Notes: a model not told the origin generated them from the letters alone. DNA of 64,000 nt from Alphaproteobacteria bacterium (GCA_044372405.1 JBILRW010000001.1:19260-83259); one strand, 5' to 3'. Shown: positions 1 to 9,120, numbered from the stretch's first letter. A program made the numbers and translations.

Positions 1-2
1 CC

Positions 3-281
3 AATGCGCAGGCAGCCCAGGGGGTTATTGATGATGCCATCGATATCGTCAACAAAAACACCGCGAAAATCGGGGCCCTGCAAAGCCGGTTTACCCAGAT
101 CGACACCAACCTGACCACCGTTATTGAAAACAGTAACGCGGCCAATGGTCAGTTTGTCGATGTGGACTTTGCGGCGGAATCCAGTAACTTTACCAAAAAC
201 AACACCCTGTTGCAGGCTGCCGTGGCTGTTGCCGCCCAGGCCAACCAGCAGTCCCAGCAGTTGCTGCGTCTGATTAGTTAA
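3..281 (+). CDS. Flagellin, C-terminal part (5' end lies outside the window)
   Basis: Frame-3 translation ...IGALQSRFTQIDTNLTTVIENSNAANGQFVDVDFAAESSNFTKNNTLLQAAVAVAAQANQQSQQLLRLIS* matches the conserved flagellin C-terminal D0/D1 helix, with the LQS/R..Q motif and terminal LLR. The stop TAA is at 279-281. Confidence 0.85.
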   Translation, partial: NAQAAQGVIDDAIDIVNKNTAKIGALQSRFTQIDTNLTTVIENSNAANGQFVDVDFAAESSNFTKNNTLLQAAVAVAAQANQQSQQLLRLIS

Positions 282-301
282 TCCTTGGGTCCTAAGTCAC
301 G

Positions 302-340
302 CCCCCGGAGAGGTTTTCCTTTCCGGGGGTTTTTTTATTT
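302..340 (+). terminator. Rho-independent terminator after the flagellin gene
   Basis: Stem CCCCGGA / TCCGGGG with an 11-nt loop, followed by TTTTTTTATTTT. Confidence 0.7.
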
Positions 341-353
341 TCAGGCCCCCAAA

Positions 354-369
354 TGTGACATATGTCACA
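354..369. promoter_or_regulatory. Perfect CRP-type palindrome TGTGAcatatgTCACA
   Basis: Sequence aaaTGTGACATATGTCACAttt, i.e. TGTGA-N6-TCACA, sitting 60 bp upstream of ORF 427-687. Confidence 0.5.
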
Positions 370-426
370 TTTTTTTTGTCTTTTCTGGGGTAGGATGGGG
401 ATAAGGTTTGAAAAGAGGGGTTTTTT

Positions 427-687
427 ATGGCAGGTGCAACAATTCTCGATTTGATGAATAAAAAGGATTTGAATGTCCTTAGTGAGGGCGTTAAATCCGG
501 TGATCCTGTAGCTGTCGCTTTTCTTGAAGCCTGTTTTGATCTTGAACTTGAAAACACCGTGCCCGGCACAGAAGAGGCAACCGCAGCAATGGTGTTGGCA
601 TCCTTTGAAAGAGCCCTTGGGTTAGACCAGGAAAGCCAAGCCGACACCCTGGCTGCCTTGCAAAACGCGTCTTCTCTTTCCCTCTAA
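427..687 (+). CDS. Hypothetical small acidic protein (86 aa) downstream of flagellin
   Basis: ATG preceded by the RBS-like stretch gaaaagagggg. There is no recognisable family. It may be flagellar-associated, judging only from position. Confidence 0.4.
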   Translation: MAGATILDLMNKKDLNVLSEGVKSGDPVAVAFLEACFDLELENTVPGTEEATAAMVLASFERALGLDQESQADTLAALQNASSLSL

Positions 688-714
688 CAGGAACCTCTAA
701 AAACCTCAGTTTCT

Positions 715-802
715 CGTCATTGCGAGCCTCCGTAGGAGGCGTGGCAATCCAGTCTTTCTGGTTCTGGCATTTCTGGATTGCTTCGCTGCGCTCGCAATGA
801 CG
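715..802. repeat. MITE-like palindromic repeat, copy 1
   Basis: 88-bp element with a 13-bp perfect terminal inverted repeat, cgtcattgcgagc ... gctcgcaatgacg, and an internal CCTCCGTAGGAGG hairpin. Near-identical copies sit at 28449-28532 (inverted) and 54984-55068. Confidence 0.8.
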
Positions 803-815
803 ATTGATAGGTGCT

Positions 816-1787
816 CTAACCCACCCTCCCCACCACCACCTGAATCACATCATCAATCCCCACCCCCTCCCGCACGGCCTGATGATTCAGGCCAATACGG
901 TGACGCAGGACCGACGGGGCCAGGACCACCATATCCTCCACCGTGGGCGAAAACCGTCCGTCAATCAACGCCCGTGCCCGGGTGGCCAGCATCAAGGCCT
1001 GCCCCGCCCGAATCCCTGCGCCATACGCCACACAGCGACGCACAACCTCGGGGGCGGAGGGGCTTTCCGGGCGCGTGGCCTGGCACAGGGCGACAATGGC
1101 CTGCACCACGGCTTGACCCAGTGGCATGGCATGGACCGTGGCCTGGAGGTGACGCGTTTGATCCGCTGTTAGCACAGGGACCAGAGGGGGCTCCTCCCCC
1201 GTTGTGGTGGCAATTAAAATGGCTTCTTCGGTTTTCGGATCGGGATAATCCATCTGAATGTGGGCCAAAAAACGGTCCAGCTGGGCCTCTGGCAATGGAT
1301 ACGTCCCCAAATGTTCCAGGGGGTTTTGCGTGGCCAGCACATGAAACGGCGCGGGCAGGGGATACGTTTTCCCGGCCACCGTCACGGCCTTTTCCTGCAT
1401 GGCCTGCAGCAAGGCCGACTGCGTCCGGGGACTGGCCCGATTGATTTCATCCACCAGCAGGATATTGGTAAAGACAGGCCCGGGGACAAACCGAAACGGC
1501 TGCGGCGCGCTCTCTTCATAAACTTCGCTGCCCAAAATGTCGGACGGCATCAAATCCGGCGTACACTGCACCCGGGCCATGGACAGCCCCAACAATTCCG
1601 CCATACACGCCGCCAGTTTGGTTTTGGCCAGCCCGGGCATCCCCACCATCAGGGCATGACCGCCGGATAAAATCGTGGTCAGCAAGTGGGACAACGTCGC
1701 ATCCTGTCCCAAAATATGACGACGCATTTCAGAAAGAACCGCGCGGGCGGAGGCAGCCGCAGCCTGGATTTCGGGGACATCAACCAT
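816..1787 (-). CDS. moxR: MoxR-family AAA+ ATPase
   Basis: 323 aa. Walker A is GMPGLAKT, Walker B is LLVDEINRASP and there is a sensor region. It resembles MoxR/RavA throughout. Confidence 0.85.
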   Translation of the reverse strand: MVDVPEIQAAAASARAVLSEMRRHILGQDATLSHLLTTILSGGHALMVGMPGLAKTKLAACMAELLGLSMARVQCTPDLMPSDILGSEVYEESAPQPFRFVPGPVFTNILLVDEINRASPRTQSALLQAMQEKAVTVAGKTYPLPAPFHVLATQNPLEHLGTYPLPEAQLDRFLAHIQMDYPDPKTEEAILIATTTGEEPPLVPVLTADQTRHLQATVHAMPLGQAVVQAIVALCQATRPESPSAPEVVRRCVAYGAGIRAGQALMLATRARALIDGRFSPTVEDMVVLAPSVLRHRIGLNHQAVREGVGIDDVIQVVVGRVG

Positions 1788-1846
1788 TGGCGAATCAAAC
1801 GGGGTTATGTTAGGGTTAGGCCCAACCTATACCAGACAAGGTCCAA

Positions 1847-2095
1847 ATGCTGAACAAAATTCTTTCCCTCCTCATCCCCCTGATTCTGCCGTGGATTCTG
1901 GCCTGGCTGGGGGATCGGCTGGTGACCTGGATCCGCGCGCGCCGCCCCGTAAAACCCGCCATGAAAATTATCGACGTTCCCATCACCCCCCGCCCCTGGT
2001 GGGCCCGAAAACGCACATTGTGGCTGAGCGCGGCCAGTTTGTTGCTGTTGCTCCTCTCGCTGGGCTACGCCGCCCAAACGGGTATGCGGTTTTAA
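1847..2095 (+). CDS. Hypothetical small membrane protein (82 aa, two predicted TM helices)
   Basis: ATG start. The sequence is hydrophobic, LLIPLILPWILAWL ... LSAASLLLLLLSLGY. The stop TAA lies 2 nt before the ATG of the cca gene, so it could be translationally coupled. Confidence 0.35.
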   Translation: MLNKILSLLIPLILPWILAWLGDRLVTWIRARRPVKPAMKIIDVPITPRPWWARKRTLWLSAASLLLLLLSLGYAAQTGMRF

Positions 2096-2097
2096 GT

Positions 2098-3201
2098 ATG
2101 CACCCCCTGGATTCCGCCCCCAAAATTTTTGAGGCCCTGGGTACGGACACCACCCGCATGGTGGGGGGGTGCGTTCGAAATACGTTGATGGGATACCCCG
2201 TCACCGATGTGGATTTCGCCACCACCCTAACGCCGGACCAAGTCGTTTCGAAATTGCAACATCATGGCCTAAAGGCCCAGGATCGCTACGCCCGCTATGG
2301 CACCATTGTCGCGTATACCCATGGACATACCTATGAAATCACGACGCTGCGGTCTGACCATGCCACCGATGGCCGGTATGCCGATGTCATCTTTACAATA
2401 TCATGGGAACAGGACGCCCAGCGCCGGGATTTTACCATGAATGCCCTCTATCAAGACGCCGGCGGCACCGTGCATGATCCCTTGCTGGGTATGGAAGATT
2501 TGAAAGCCCGTTTTGTGCGCTTTATCGGCAATCCCGAGGAGCGCATTATCGAGGACCACCTGCGCATTCTCCGCTATATGCGTATGGCGGCCTGGTACCA
2601 GGCGGCGGATGTGCCCCTTTCCGAAGAGGCCTTGCTCGCCTGTACCCAAAACCGCCACCGCCTGGCCACCTTATCCGCCGAGCGCATCATGGCGGAAACC
2701 CTGAAACTGCTGGCCGCCCCCCACATGCCCCGGATGCTGGCTGTGATGAAGCAAGGCACCATCACCGCGCCCCATCTGCCGGCCTTTTACGCCGATGAAC
2801 GGGCAGCGCGTCTGATGATGTTTTTTGATTTACCCGTGGATCCGGCCCGGGCGTCGCTGTTGGTTTTGTGCCAAGAACCTGAAAAAGTCTTAACCACCTG
2901 GCCCCTGACCCGCCCGCAACGCCGCTGGTTTCAGCATGCCTTAACCGGCGAAGATTGGGATTCATCCGAAAGCCTTCTGGCCCGGGCCCTTTCCACCGAA
3001 GCCGACGATGCCGCCGCCCGCGCTTTATTTCATCAATGGGTTAGCCGCCGCACGCCGCCCCTAAACGCCCAAGATTTACTGGCCGCAGGCGTGCCCCATG
3101 GGCCGGAGCTCTCGGGCTGTCTCAAACTGGCGCAACGCCTCTGGCAGCGTGATGCGGGGATGACGCGGGGGGATTTGCTCGCGCGGGTGCTGGGGGTTTG
3201 A
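2098..3201 (+). CDS. cca: CCA tRNA nucleotidyltransferase / poly(A) polymerase family
   Basis: Motifs GGCVRNTLMG, DVDFATT and RRDFTMNALY mark the class-II nucleotidyltransferase head. The start is taken at the internal ATG 2098, because the long N-terminal ORF extension overlaps the divergent moxR region. Confidence 0.8.
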   Translation: MHPLDSAPKIFEALGTDTTRMVGGCVRNTLMGYPVTDVDFATTLTPDQVVSKLQHHGLKAQDRYARYGTIVAYTHGHTYEITTLRSDHATDGRYADVIFTISWEQDAQRRDFTMNALYQDAGGTVHDPLLGMEDLKARFVRFIGNPEERIIEDHLRILRYMRMAAWYQAADVPLSEEALLACTQNRHRLATLSAERIMAETLKLLAAPHMPRMLAVMKQGTITAPHLPAFYADERAARLMMFFDLPVDPARASLLVLCQEPEKVLTTWPLTRPQRRWFQHALTGEDWDSSESLLARALSTEADDAAARALFHQWVSRRTPPLNAQDLLAAGVPHGPELSGCLKLAQRLWQRDAGMTRGDLLARVLGV

Positions 3202-3212
3202 CAATTCGGTCT

Positions 3213-3662
3213 TTATCCTGGAAAATTTTCCTCACTGCCCTCTTGATCCAGGCCATTATGAATCTTAATTAACGTCTCAACTTTTTGCATTAAGTCGTTA
3301 ACTTTTTGAGCAAGAGCTTGTAATTTTTTGAGCACGGCATCTTTTTCCACGTCGTGAATGCTGTGTTTTAACAAGCAAAAGGCAAAAAATGTTTTTACAT
3401 GCAACCAATTGCGAATCGTTCTTGAAGCGGCATCGTTCAGTTCATTTGAGAAATCACTGTAGGAAAGATCTGCTTCTGTGTAGCGGATCACAATTTGTGC
3501 ATTATACAAAAACCAGTAAATAAATTCTTTGTAATTAATGTCTGGCTCTAACTCTGCGGCCTCTTCGGAAAAAAAATCATGGATCTCTCCAAAGTCTATA
3601 AGGGCTTGAACAAACCACTGGTCTTCTAATAAGGGGGTATCTTTATTTTTCTTAGATGCCAT
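3213..3662 (-). CDS. Hypothetical protein in an AT-rich islet next to tRNA-Ser
   Basis: 149 aa from the ATG, with a GAGGGA RBS. The GC content is clearly lower than the neighbours. I recognise no family. Confidence 0.5.
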   Translation of the reverse strand: MASKKNKDTPLLEDQWFVQALIDFGEIHDFFSEEAAELEPDINYKEFIYWFLYNAQIVIRYTEADLSYSDFSNELNDAASRTIRNWLHVKTFFAFCLLKHSIHDVEKDAVLKKLQALAQKVNDLMQKVETLIKIHNGLDQEGSEENFPG

Positions 3663-3789
3663 ACGAACAATTCCCTCATAAACATACAAGCCTAATGAAG
3701 ATACCAAGCCCCTGTTAAAAAATCAATAATTCAAAATTTATGGGCATTTGACAAGCCCCCCCACCCTGAATTAGGATACCCCCCTTAAC

Positions 3790-3879
3790 GGATGGGTGGC
3801 AGAGCGGTTGAATGCACCGGTCTTGAAAACCGGCAACGTCGCAAGGCGTTCGTGGGTTCAAATCCCACCCCATCCGCCA
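3790..3879 (+). tRNA. tRNA-Ser (anticodon TGA)
   Basis: GGATGGGTGGCAGAGCGGTTGAATGC...CTTGAAAACCGG..., a long variable arm, the T-loop GTTCAAATCC and a 3' CCA. Confidence 0.85.
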
Positions 3880-3881
3880 AA

Positions 3882-5120
3882 ATGATGGGTTTTTTTCGGA
3901 TGATGTCTTTTTCTTTTTCCCCGCAGCCTGTATTAACGGCCGCCCATGAAAAGCAGCTGTCGGTGGCCTATGATGATTTGCGCCACCAGATTGCCGAGGG
4001 GGCGCTGGCCTGTCTGGACATACCACGGTGCCAGGACGCCCTTAATCACCCTGATGTGGGGGATGCCAAGCATCGCTTAAGCACGGGCGAGACCTTGGTT
4101 ATTGTGGGCGTGGGGGGATCCAGCCTGAGTGCGCGGTTGCTGGATCGTTTCGCATCCCTAACGTTTCCTGATGCCCGCCGCCCTGCCCTGGTGTATTGGG
4201 ATCGGATTGAGCCGTATCATCTGGCGGGGCAATTGCGGCACCTGGACATGATCCAGGCGCGGTTTTTGATTGTCTCAAAATCGGGGGACACACTGGAAAC
4301 CCTGGTTCTGACGGCGTTTTTAGAGGAAGCCGCGCAAAAAGCCAAGGTTTCCCTGGCAGATCGCGCGGTTGTGATTACGGAGGCGCGGCCCAACCGTCTT
4401 CGTGACTGGGCGCAGCAGCGGGGCATCCCAACCCTGCCCCATGATTCGGATATTGGCGGGCGGTTTTCGTTTTTTTCCTTGGTGGGTATGCTGCCGGCGT
4501 TGTGTTTGGGCCTTTCACCCCAGGCGATTTTTGAGGGGGCCAGGGCTTATCTCCAGACCTTAAAACCCCAGGATGATCTTTATCGTAGCGTGGCGTGGCA
4601 CGTGCAGCACGAGGCCAAAAGCACCCACGTTCTGTTCACCTACGCCGAGCGTCTGTCCGATTTTGCCCGCTGGCACCGCCAGTTATGGGCGGAAAGCCTG
4701 GGCAAGGACCGCAACGGCACCACGCCCACCGTGGGCACCGGTAGCTTGGACCAGCACAGCCAGCTGCAAATGTACCTGGATGGGCGGAAGGATAAACTCT
4801 TCACGTTCCTGGTGGAATCCTACGGGCAAAGGGGCCCGACGCTGGAGGGGCCCAACCCCCTGATGGCGGGCATTGAGGCCACAGAGGCCGCCGTGATTTA
4901 TCACGCCCAGCAACAGGCCACCATGGATGTGATCCACGAACGCGGGCACCCCACGCGGGTGATGACCTTTAATCCCCTGGATCAGGCCAGTTTGGGGGCC
5001 GCCGCCGCCCATTTCATCGCCGAAACCCTGCTCACCGCCGCCATGTGGAACATCCCCCCCTTTGGCCAACCCGCCGTGGAGGAGGGAAAACAGAAAACCT
5101 TGGCGTTTTTAAAGAGGTGA
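3882..5120 (+). CDS. pgi: Glucose-6-phosphate isomerase
   Basis: PGI-like motifs VIVGVGGSSL, SKSGDTLETL and GGRFSFFSLVGMLPA. The start is placed just after the tRNA, since the upstream ORF extension overlaps the tRNA. Confidence 0.7.
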   Translation: MMGFFRMMSFSFSPQPVLTAAHEKQLSVAYDDLRHQIAEGALACLDIPRCQDALNHPDVGDAKHRLSTGETLVIVGVGGSSLSARLLDRFASLTFPDARRPALVYWDRIEPYHLAGQLRHLDMIQARFLIVSKSGDTLETLVLTAFLEEAAQKAKVSLADRAVVITEARPNRLRDWAQQRGIPTLPHDSDIGGRFSFFSLVGMLPALCLGLSPQAIFEGARAYLQTLKPQDDLYRSVAWHVQHEAKSTHVLFTYAERLSDFARWHRQLWAESLGKDRNGTTPTVGTGSLDQHSQLQMYLDGRKDKLFTFLVESYGQRGPTLEGPNPLMAGIEATEAAVIYHAQQQATMDVIHERGHPTRVMTFNPLDQASLGAAAAHFIAETLLTAAMWNIPPFGQPAVEEGKQKTLAFLKR

Positions 5121-5135
5121 GGGGGGCTGCTACCC

Positions 5136-5399
5136 CTAACCCCACCGAATTTTACACCCCAAAATAATCAAGGACAGCAATAATGTCACGGCATTGGACG
5201 CCACCACGGGCGTGCTGCCAATTAAAATACCATACACCAGCCACGCCGCCACCCCCACACAAAACAAAACATACATGGCCAGGGAAATGGAACGGGTATC
5301 CTTGGTTTTCAGCACGTGCAAAACCTGGGGCACAAACGATAACGTCGTGCACAGGGCGGCGAAGAAGCCGAGGAGAGACGTGAGATCAAAGGTTGTCAT
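5136..5399 (-). CDS. SemiSWEET / PQ-loop small sugar transporter (about 87 aa)
   Basis: MTTFDLTSLLGFFAALCTTLSFVPQVLHVLKTKDTRSISLAMYVLF..., a three-TM protein with the PQ motif. Confidence 0.6.
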   Translation of the reverse strand: MTTFDLTSLLGFFAALCTTLSFVPQVLHVLKTKDTRSISLAMYVLFCVGVAAWLVYGILIGSTPVVASNAVTLLLSLIILGCKIRWG

Positions 5400-5467
5400 T
5401 CTGATTTTTCTTGGGTTTGTGGGATTTGGTAGTCTGCGATGCGGTTGGAGCCGTGAGAATTGATGTT

Positions 5468-6946
5468 TCACCCCACACTATAAGCCTCTTTGGCCCCCTG
5501 CACCCGCTCAATCATCCGGGTGGAACTATGCCCCGCCAGGGTCGGAAACACATCCACACGGCCCCCACGGGCCAGGATTTCCGGGGCGCCGACGATGGTG
5601 TCCAGGGTGTAATCGCCACCCTTGACCAGATAATCCGGGGCGATGGTGTGAATCAGGGCGGCGGGGGTGTCTTCGCCAAACAGCACCACGGCATCCACGG
5701 ATTCCAGGGCGGCCAGGATTTTTTGGCGGGTCACTTCATCGTTGATGGGGCGGGTGGGGCCTTTTAGCCGTTTAACAGAGGCATCGCTGTTCACCCCCAC
5801 AATCAAGCGGTCACACCGCGCCCGGGCAAAGGCCAAAAGCTGAACATGCCCCAGATGCAAAAGATCAAAACACCCGTTGGTAAAGCCCACGGACAGCCCC
5901 TGATCCCGCCAGGTTTTCACATAATCCTGGATATCGTCGGCATCGGTAAGTTTTAAATCAGAAACCGTTTCGGGGTGCGTTTGGCGATAGGCCCGGCGCA
6001 CCTCAAAGGGGGTCACGGTGGCCGTGCCCCGTTTCTGCACCACCAAACCCGCCGCCGTATTGGCCAAATCCATGGCGGTTTCCAACGATTGCCCAACAGC
6101 CAAGGCCATGGCCAGAAACGCCACCACGGTATCCCCCGCCCCCGTCACGTCATACACCGACAAAGCCCGCGTGGGCCGGTGATAAATATGATGATCCCAC
6201 AGGCCGGTCATGCCCTGTTCACTGCGGGTGGCCACCATCCCTTTCAGGTTGTGCTTTTTTATCAGAGATTGACAGGCAGCAATGACCTGATCATCGGTGG
6301 TAACGGGCATATCCGAGGCCTCCGCCAGTTCCTGACGGTTCGGCGTAATCAGCGTTGCACCCCGATATTTGCTGTAATCGTTACCCTTGGGATCCACAAT
6401 CACGGGAATGTTTTGGGTTTTGGCCTCGGTTATCACAAATTGACAAACGCCCGGGGTTAGCAATCCCTTCCCATAATCGGAAAGGACGACGAGAGATGCC
6501 TGGGGTATGGCCTGCTTTAAAACCGCCATCACCGCCGCTTCTGTATCCGACATTAACGGATTTGTGCGTTCCTGATCCACACGCAAAACTTGTTTCGATT
6601 GCAAAACATAGCGGGTTTTCAGGGACGTTGGCCGCCCGTCTTCGGATAAGAAGATCGGGTGAATGGTTTTATAGGGGGCCAACTGATCGGCCAGGGTTTG
6701 CGCGGCGGGATCTTCCCCCCAAAGGCTGATCAGGGTGCACTGTCCCCCCATGGCGGCAATGTTGGCCGCGACGTTGGCGGCGCCGCCCAGGGAAAAAACA
6801 GCCTGCTGGTGTTCAAAAACGGGAATGGGGGCCTCCGGCGATAACCGATGCGCCGTGCCGTAAACATATTGATCCAAAATCACATCGCCCAGGCACAAAA
6901 CCCGCGCCTGAGTAAACATCTCAATGGAAAATCCGGAATCAGGCAT
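5468..6946 (-). CDS. hldE: Bifunctional D-beta-D-heptose 7-phosphate kinase / heptose 1-phosphate adenylyltransferase
   Basis: N-terminal pfkB-type sugar kinase (GGAANVA, DVTGAGD) plus C-terminal cytidylyltransferase (GCFDLLHLGH). The start could instead be the internal M10. Confidence 0.85.
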   Translation of the reverse strand: MPDSGFSIEMFTQARVLCLGDVILDQYVYGTAHRLSPEAPIPVFEHQQAVFSLGGAANVAANIAAMGGQCTLISLWGEDPAAQTLADQLAPYKTIHPIFLSEDGRPTSLKTRYVLQSKQVLRVDQERTNPLMSDTEAAVMAVLKQAIPQASLVVLSDYGKGLLTPGVCQFVITEAKTQNIPVIVDPKGNDYSKYRGATLITPNRQELAEASDMPVTTDDQVIAACQSLIKKHNLKGMVATRSEQGMTGLWDHHIYHRPTRALSVYDVTGAGDTVVAFLAMALAVGQSLETAMDLANTAAGLVVQKRGTATVTPFEVRRAYRQTHPETVSDLKLTDADDIQDYVKTWRDQGLSVGFTNGCFDLLHLGHVQLLAFARARCDRLIVGVNSDASVKRLKGPTRPINDEVTRQKILAALESVDAVVLFGEDTPAALIHTIAPDYLVKGGDYTLDTIVGAPEILARGGRVDVFPTLAGHSSTRMIERVQGAKEAYSVG

Positions 6947-8147
6947 GGGCGAGATGACGATATTTCAGGGCTTGCAGACCGGGCAGGGGTTTGCCCTCTA
7001 ACCATTCCAAAAAGGCACCGCCCGCCGTGGAGACAAAGGTCAAATCCCCCATGACGCCGGCCACATTCAAAACAGACAGGGTATCGCCCCCACCGGCGAT
7101 GGTGGACAGGTGGCCCTGACGGGTGCGCTCGGCCAGGGTGTGGGCGATAAACAAACTGCCGCCGGCAAAGGGCGTGACCTCAAAGGCGCCCACGGGGCCA
7201 TTCCAAATCACCGTTTTACAAAAATCAAAAACATGGGACCAGGCCTGGCGCGTCAGCGGGCCAATGTCCAAAATCAGGTCCTCGGCCCCAACATCATCAC
7301 AGGCCACCGTGCTGACATCGACGCCGGCCTCTAAGGACCCCGCCACCACGGCATCCACGGGCAAATGCAACGTACAGCCGCAATTGGCAGCCATGCTCAT
7401 AATTTCCCGGGCCAAGGGGGCCAAATCGGGCTCAACCAAGGACCGCCCCACAGGTTTTCCCAGGGCAAACAAAAAGGTATTGGCCATGGCCCCGCCGATG
7501 CACAGGTGATCGACTTTGGTCATCAGGTTTTTCAGCAGGTCAATTTTCGTGGAAACCTTGGATCCCCCCACCACGGCGCAGGTGGGGCGGGCGGTGTGTT
7601 CCACGGTGGTTTCCAGGGCCTCCAGCTCTCTTTGCAACAACCGCCCCGCAAAGGACGGCAGCAAACGGGCCAAGGCACACGTGGACGTATGGGCGCGGTG
7701 GGAACTGGCAAAGGCATCATTGACATAGGCCTGGCCCACTTCGGCCAATTTTTGCCCAAAATCCATGCAGTTGGTTTCTTCGCCCGGGTAAAAACGGACG
7801 TTTTCCAGCAGGACCAAAGACCCTGGCGGATGCTGCTTTAACGCGCTGGCCGCCAGCTGTGTGATGTCACGGGGATCAAAAATAACGGCGTATCCTGGCA
7901 GCAAGGTTTTTAAAATCTCCGCCACGGGGGCCAGGGAGAAACGCAAATCCCACGTTCCCTTGGGCCGCCCCAAATGGGAAATCAGATAAACCGTTTTGCC
8001 GTGATCCAAAAGTTCCCGCAGCGTTGGCAGGACCGATGTCATGCGGGTGGTGTCGCTGACAATCCCATTATGCATAGGCACATTCAAATCGGCACGCACC
8101 ACAATGCGTTTCAGGGATTCGGGGATGTGTTCCAGGGTTAAGATCAT
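6939..8147 (-). CDS. pgk: Phosphoglycerate kinase
   Basis: RADLNVP, SHLGRP and GGGDT motifs over a full length of 402 aa. Confidence 0.9.
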   Translation of the reverse strand: MILTLEHIPESLKRIVVRADLNVPMHNGIVSDTTRMTSVLPTLRELLDHGKTVYLISHLGRPKGTWDLRFSLAPVAEILKTLLPGYAVIFDPRDITQLAASALKQHPPGSLVLLENVRFYPGEETNCMDFGQKLAEVGQAYVNDAFASSHRAHTSTCALARLLPSFAGRLLQRELEALETTVEHTARPTCAVVGGSKVSTKIDLLKNLMTKVDHLCIGGAMANTFLFALGKPVGRSLVEPDLAPLAREIMSMAANCGCTLHLPVDAVVAGSLEAGVDVSTVACDDVGAEDLILDIGPLTRQAWSHVFDFCKTVIWNGPVGAFEVTPFAGGSLFIAHTLAERTRQGHLSTIAGGGDTLSVLNVAGVMGDLTFVSTAGGAFLEWLEGKPLPGLQALKYRHLAHA

Positions 8148-8285
8148 GACCCTTTACCTATCACGATGCCGCCCTGGGCGCAAGATTTTGCGAAAAGGGG
8201 TCCCGTGGTTTGTAAATCCAGTGACATGCCCTTAAAAATCCGTTACACCAACGGGCATGATCGTGTTTACAATGGGAGTTCATCT

Positions 8286-9011
8286 ATGAGCCAAAAAATC
8301 GCCCTCGTCACCGGTGGCACCCGCGGTATCGGGGCCGGCATTTCACTTGCGCTAAAGGCCGCCGGTTATACGGTGGCCGCCAATTATGCCACCAACCATG
8401 ACGCGGCCCAGGCGTTTTCTAAGGATACGGGCATTCCCGTTTATTCCTGGGATGTGGCAGATTTTGCGTCGTGCCAGGACGGTGTTCGCCGCCTGGTTTC
8501 GGATTTGGGGGAGGTTTCCATTCTGGTCAACAACGCCGGCATCACCCGGGACATGATGTTTCACAAAATGCCGCCAGAGGCCTGGTCCGCCGTCATCGGC
8601 ACCAATTTAACATCGTGTTATAATATGTGTTCCTTGATTTACCCGGGCATGCGGGAACGCGGGTATGGCCGGATTGTTAATATCAGTTCTGTTAACGCGC
8701 AGCTGGGCCAGTTGGGCCAGGTGAATTACAGCGCGGCCAAGGCGGGGATTATCGGCCTGACCCGGGCCTTGGCCTTTGAGGGGGCCGCCAAAGGGGTGCT
8801 GGTCAACGCCATTGCCCCCGGTTACATCAACACCGATATGGTGGCGGTCATTCCCGAAACTGTGAAACAAAAAATCATCGCCCAAATCCCCGTGGGCCAC
8901 CTGGGCGAGGTCAGCGACGTCGCCCGCACGGTCCTGTTTTTGGTCAGCGAAGACAACCAGTTCCTTACCGGCACCACGATTAATGTGAATGGGGGGCAGA
9001 ATCGGGTTTAG
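8286..9011 (+). CDS. phaB: Acetoacetyl-CoA reductase (SDR family)
   Basis: MSQKIALVTGGTRGIG...NNAGITRD...NISSVN...YSAAKAG, which is very close to Cupriavidus (Ralstonia) PhaB. The start is at the internal ATG 8286. Confidence 0.8.
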   Translation: MSQKIALVTGGTRGIGAGISLALKAAGYTVAANYATNHDAAQAFSKDTGIPVYSWDVADFASCQDGVRRLVSDLGEVSILVNNAGITRDMMFHKMPPEAWSAVIGTNLTSCYNMCSLIYPGMRERGYGRIVNISSVNAQLGQLGQVNYSAAKAGIIGLTRALAFEGAAKGVLVNAIAPGYINTDMVAVIPETVKQKIIAQIPVGHLGEVSDVARTVLFLVSEDNQFLTGTTINVNGGQNRV

Positions 9012-9044
9012 GGGGGGCAGGCATCTTTACTAAAAAAGACTTTT

Positions 9045-9060
9045 TGTGACATTTGTCATA
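9045..9060. promoter_or_regulatory. Near-perfect CRP-type palindrome TGTGAcatttgTCATA
   Basis: TGTGA-N6-TCATA, 60 bp upstream of the ATG of ORF 9121. Confidence 0.4.
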
Positions 9061-9120
9061 TAAAATACGTTCCGAATTGATTACTCTGGCTTTTTTAATA
9101 AAGCATTTCGGAGTTTTTTT

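Noticed and set aside
1807-2097. Long N-terminal extension of the cca ORF, starting at 1807
   Set aside because: It runs through the divergent moxR promoter region and overlaps a separate small membrane ORF. The conserved CCA enzyme sequence begins at the internal ATG 2098.
3792-3881. ORF start at 3792, overlapping the tRNA-Ser
   Set aside because: The first 30 codons are the tRNA sequence read as protein. The pgi start is placed after the tRNA.
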